From Candidatus Heimdallarchaeota archaeon (GTDB taxonomy: Archaea; Asgardarchaeota; Heimdallarchaeia; Heimdallarchaeales; Heimdallarchaeaceae), in NCBI GenBank assembly GCA_030603365.1, contig JAUVXV010000002.1, forward strand, positions 160,001-224,000: a stretch of 64,000 nucleotides of DNA, read 5' to 3'. The notes under the pieces were generated by a model that searched no databases, was not told where the DNA came from, and saw only the letters and a program-made list of their open reading frames with translations. Of the stretch, positions 61,099 through 64,000 are shown piece after piece. Position numbers and translations under genes: made by a program. Position 1 is the first letter of the stretch, and the number at the start of each line of letters is the position of its first letter.

Positions 61099-62697
61099 TT
61101 ATTCTTTCCTCCGTTTTTGAACGATCAGAACAACAACAAACGAGAATAGAATACTGAACGAAAAGAAAAGCAGAGAGAGAGTCTGGAACTCAGGAACAAC
61201 GGGAGAGGATACAGTAAAAGAGTAGTATAAACCATTGTTGTCCTCAGTAGCTTCGTTATGTTCAGGACAATTGTCAGTAGCTGTGATGTAATAACTAATA
61301 ACAGTATCAACGGTAAAAGGACCAATGGGTACTTGGTACGTAGAACCAGTTGAAAGAGTCATAGAAACAACTACCCATCCACCAGCATTTATACGATAAT
61401 GGAGCATGACAGAATCAATGCCGGAAGAGTCAGTAATTGTTGCAGAGATGGTGATGGCACTGGAGTTTGTGGGGGGAAATGGACTGTGAGTGACGTTTTC
61501 GATACGTGGAGGAGTTTGAGGATATTCAGAAGGATAAGGATCAAAGGAAGTACTACTCCCATCAATAGAATAAGTGGTACTTCCGTCCCAATCTGACCAA
61601 TAGTTGCCACTTGATGATAATTGATCAAACCATTGATTATCAACGCCATCATCATAAGCTTGTGAAGGACCACCAAAATTGTTGTTATCAAAAATATTTC
61701 CGTAGATAAGGTTGGTAAATGATAGAATCGAGATACGAACGCTATAAGCACCATTATCATGTAAAAAGTTGTCAGTAATGAAAGTATAACTTGATTGGCT
61801 TAGAAAGATACCATAGATGGTATTGTTGCTACAATTATTCGCACTTACAGAATTATCACTAGAAGAAAGAAGACCGATACCAGCCTGGGTGTTGTAGCTA
61901 CACGTATTCGAAATTAAAGAATTATTAGTACTACCAGAAGAACCAAGCAAAATACCATAGTGGCTGTTGTAGCTACACGTATTCGAAATTAAAGAATTAT
62001 TAGTAGTACTAGCACCAAGACGGATACCATAGGTGTTGTTTGTACACGTGTTCGCACTTACAGAATTATAACTAGAAGAATAAAGACGGATACCACCATA
62101 GGTGTTGTTTGTACACGTGTTCGCACTTACAGAATTATTAGTACTAAAATCAAGACTGATACCATAGTCAATGTTGTTTGTACACGTGTTCGCACTTACA
62201 GAATTATTATCACTAGAAGAAAGCTGGATACCTTTGTAGTTGTTTGTACACGTGTTCGCACTTACAGAATTATTATCACTAGAAGAAAGCTGGATACCAA
62301 AGTTGTTATTGCTTGTACAAGTATTGTTCAGTATTGTTGCCGTACCATCAGCGATGCTGTCTATATGAATACCAACAAGGTTTGCGTCGACATAACAGTT
62401 ATGAATAACGAAATATTTCGTTGTGCTAGCAATATAAATACCTTTATCACTCGTTGTTGTAATATTATACCCTTCGATCACATAGGGATCTACAACAGTC
62501 CCTGTTCCAGGAAAACTGCTAAAACCGCTATCATCAGTGATGCTTATTGCGCTGTGTGGGGTAAGAGCTGAGACGAATAGTGGAGTAGATTTAGAGTTTT
62601 TTTGCGCATAAGTAGTTACTAGAGAAGAAATCAAGAGTACACTTAGCAAAATTATCGTTCTAGAGAACTTTGTTTTCTTGTTTTTTACTATTTTCAT
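61099..62697 (-). CDS. NosD/parallel beta-helix surface protein with an Ig-like domain and a PEF-type C-terminal anchor (start 62697 or 62721)
   Basis: DPYVIEG, NTC.NN..GI repeats, GNYWSDW; VPEF then TM then RRKE. Confidence 0.85.
   Translation of the reverse strand: MKIVKNKKTKFSRTIILLSVLLISSLVTTYAQKNSKSTPLFVSALTPHSAISITDDSGFSSFPGTGTVVDPYVIEGYNITTTSDKGIYIASTTKYFVIHNCYVDANLVGIHIDSIADGTATILNNTCTSNNNFGIQLSSSDNNSVSANTCTNNYKGIQLSSSDNNSVSANTCTNNIDYGISLDFSTNNSVSANTCTNNTYGGIRLYSSSYNSVSANTCTNNTYGIRLGASTTNNSLISNTCSYNSHYGILLGSSGSTNNSLISNTCSYNTQAGIGLLSSSDNSVSANNCSNNTIYGIFLSQSSYTFITDNFLHDNGAYSVRISILSFTNLIYGNIFDNNNFGGPSQAYDDGVDNQWFDQLSSSGNYWSDWDGSTTYSIDGSSTSFDPYPSEYPQTPPRIENVTHSPFPPTNSSAITISATITDSSGIDSVMLHYRINAGGWVVVSMTLSTGSTYQVPIGPFTVDTVISYYITATDNCPEHNEATEDNNGLYYSFTVSSPVVPEFQTLSLLFFSFSILFSFVVVLIVQKRRKE
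61891..62298 (-). repeat. Near-identical intragenic tandem repeats (66-75 bp period)
   Basis: gttgtttgtacacgtgttcgcacttacagaattat at 62035, 62104, 62173 and 62239; a 40-mer at 61891 and 61966. Confidence 0.85.
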
Positions 62698-63013
62698 AAT
62701 TAACCATCTAACCAAAGTCATGTAATAAAACGTGAAACAATATATAACCTTTGTGCCTTTTTTGTTCTTATTTTTTTGCTGTTTAACTAATGTAGCAAAG
62801 AGTATCTTTTGAAGGATTCTAGCTATGCCCCAAATTCCTGGTGATCCTCAGGGACACCCTCTACACGATGAAAAGCGGGTCGTAAGTATCCGTTCTATAA
62901 GCTGTGAGTGGTGAAATAGGGTATGTGGTTTATCTTCTCATAGTAAGCTATTCAGCGATGAAACTCTAGCAAAGATGGTGTTATATGACTAGATGACAGA
63001 ATCAAATCATGGA

Positions 63014-64000
63014 TTATTTTCCCAAACCTATACCATAATAGATGACTCCTTCTGCTCTCATTTTTGCAGGATCAAAGAAGCGTCTACCATCTATTAGAAT
63101 AGGTGTTTTCATTGATTCAGCAAAAATTTTAGGGGTTAGAAGTGCAAACTTTTTCCATTCAGTAACAAGGATACATGCATCTGCATCTTCTAAAGCTTCT
63201 GCAGGATCTTTCACGAAATGAAGATTTGAGTGATCAAGATATCCTTTTGCATTTTCTATAGCAATAGGATCAGTTGCATAGATTATTGCATCTTTATCTA
63301 ATAAGTGGTTTATAATAGGGATTGATACCGCATCTCTCATATCATCAGTATCTGGTTTAAAAGCTAATCCAAGGATAACAATTTTCTTTCCTTCAAATGA
63401 TCTATCTTCTAATGCACTTTTTAATATCTCAACAGCCCTTAGAGGTTGTTTCTTATTTGCCGCAATTGTAGATTCAAGTAGCTTGGAAGGAACACCTACT
63501 TCTTTAGACTGATGATAGAGTGCGCTAATATCTTTAGGAAAACATGATCCACCCCAACCGAGACCAGCTCTAAGAAACTTATCTGAAATACGATGATCTA
63601 GACCCATTCCTTTCGCAACATCTTGTATGTCACTTCCAATCTTCTCTGTTATGTTTGCTATTTCATTTATGAAAGAAATTTTCATAGCAAGAAACGAATT
63701 AGAAGTTATCTTGATCATTTCTGCTGTTGTGGGATCTACTTCTAGAATTGGGGAATCAAAATCCTCAAAGACAGTTCTTATACTCTTGATTGATCTTTCA
63801 TCTATCCCTCCTATTACTATTCTATCTGGATTCAAGAAATCTTCAACAGCAACTCCTTCTCTAAGAAATTCAGGGTTAAAACCAAGACCAAAATCTTCTC
63901 CACTTTCCTTTCCACTAGTTTCTTCTAAAATTGGTTTAATCAGATTTAATGTAGTTCCTGGAGAACATGTACTTTTAATCACAACCACTTTATAATCATC
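63014..64000 (-). CDS. ugd: UDP-glucose/GDP-mannose 6-dehydrogenase (5' end outside the window)
   Basis: KST..PGT, NPEFLREG, AE..K...N.FLA.KISF.NE, G.GGSCFPKD, GLAFKP.TDD.R. Confidence 0.92.
   Translation of the reverse strand, partial: DDYKVVVIKSTCSPGTTLNLIKPILEETSGKESGEDFGLGFNPEFLREGVAVEDFLNPDRIVIGGIDERSIKSIRTVFEDFDSPILEVDPTTAEMIKITSNSFLAMKISFINEIANITEKIGSDIQDVAKGMGLDHRISDKFLRAGLGWGGSCFPKDISALYHQSKEVGVPSKLLESTIAANKKQPLRAVEILKSALEDRSFEGKKIVILGLAFKPDTDDMRDAVSIPIINHLLDKDAIIYATDPIAIENAKGYLDHSNLHFVKDPAEALEDADACILVTEWKKFALLTPKIFAESMKTPILIDGRRFFDPAKMRAEGVIYYGIGLGK

Larger units (their letters stand above)
60735..63010. mobile_element. Putative cargo cassette bounded by the same 28-bp inverted-repeat motif as the tnpB element
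   Basis: 60735-60762 vs reverse complement of 62983-63010 = 21/28; 62983-63010 vs the tnpB-end motif = 24/28. Confidence 0.5.

Noticed and set aside
62035-62273. 35-bp repeats with 31-34 bp spacers resembling a CRISPR array
   Set aside because: Periods are multiples of 3, the spacers resemble each other, all lie in frame in a beta-helix CDS, and no cas genes are present
62965-62995. Archaeal dif (XerA) site suggested by ttatatgact
   Set aside because: No matching left arm (..ATATAA) at 6-bp spacing; better explained by the 28-bp end motif
40-63995. Many 60-125 aa ORFs nested in or antisense to long genes
   Set aside because: Shadow ORFs of well-supported CDSs

Overview
AT-rich archaeal chromosomal window, most consistent with an Asgard (Heimdallarchaeia-like) genome. 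This assignment is an inference from Taw1, two tungsten AORs, a type-2 SerRS, TPR-longin proteins and surface proteins with C-terminal anchors. Layout: 0-13 kb, PAPS sulfate activation (cysQ, sat-cysC, two TauE) next to a glycan biosynthesis cluster; 13-25.5 kb, an MFS-DUF47 fusion, a zinc peptidase, three tandem TPR-longin genes and an N6-adenine MTase; 25.5-27.5 kb, a solo tnpB cassette and an RHH gene; 33-42 kb, two AOR paralogues around surface-protein genes, then a pseudogene patch with a 353-bp structured insertion; 47-64 kb, a giant FtsX/MacB-type ABC system, serS, ltaE, a low-complexity protein, a beta-CASP nuclease, a beta-helix protein and ugd. Three observations stand out. (1) An ORF-less 353-bp insertion carries internal segments complementary to both of its own junctions (bridge-RNA-like). 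(2) A shared 28-bp motif occurs as inverted pairs around two unrelated cargo genes (tnpB and a surface beta-helix gene). (3) One protein has a WASP/WAVE/WASH-like coiled coil - linker - WH2 - WH2 - C - acidic layout. No rRNA, tRNA or CRISPR array was recognised. All alignments were done by eye.
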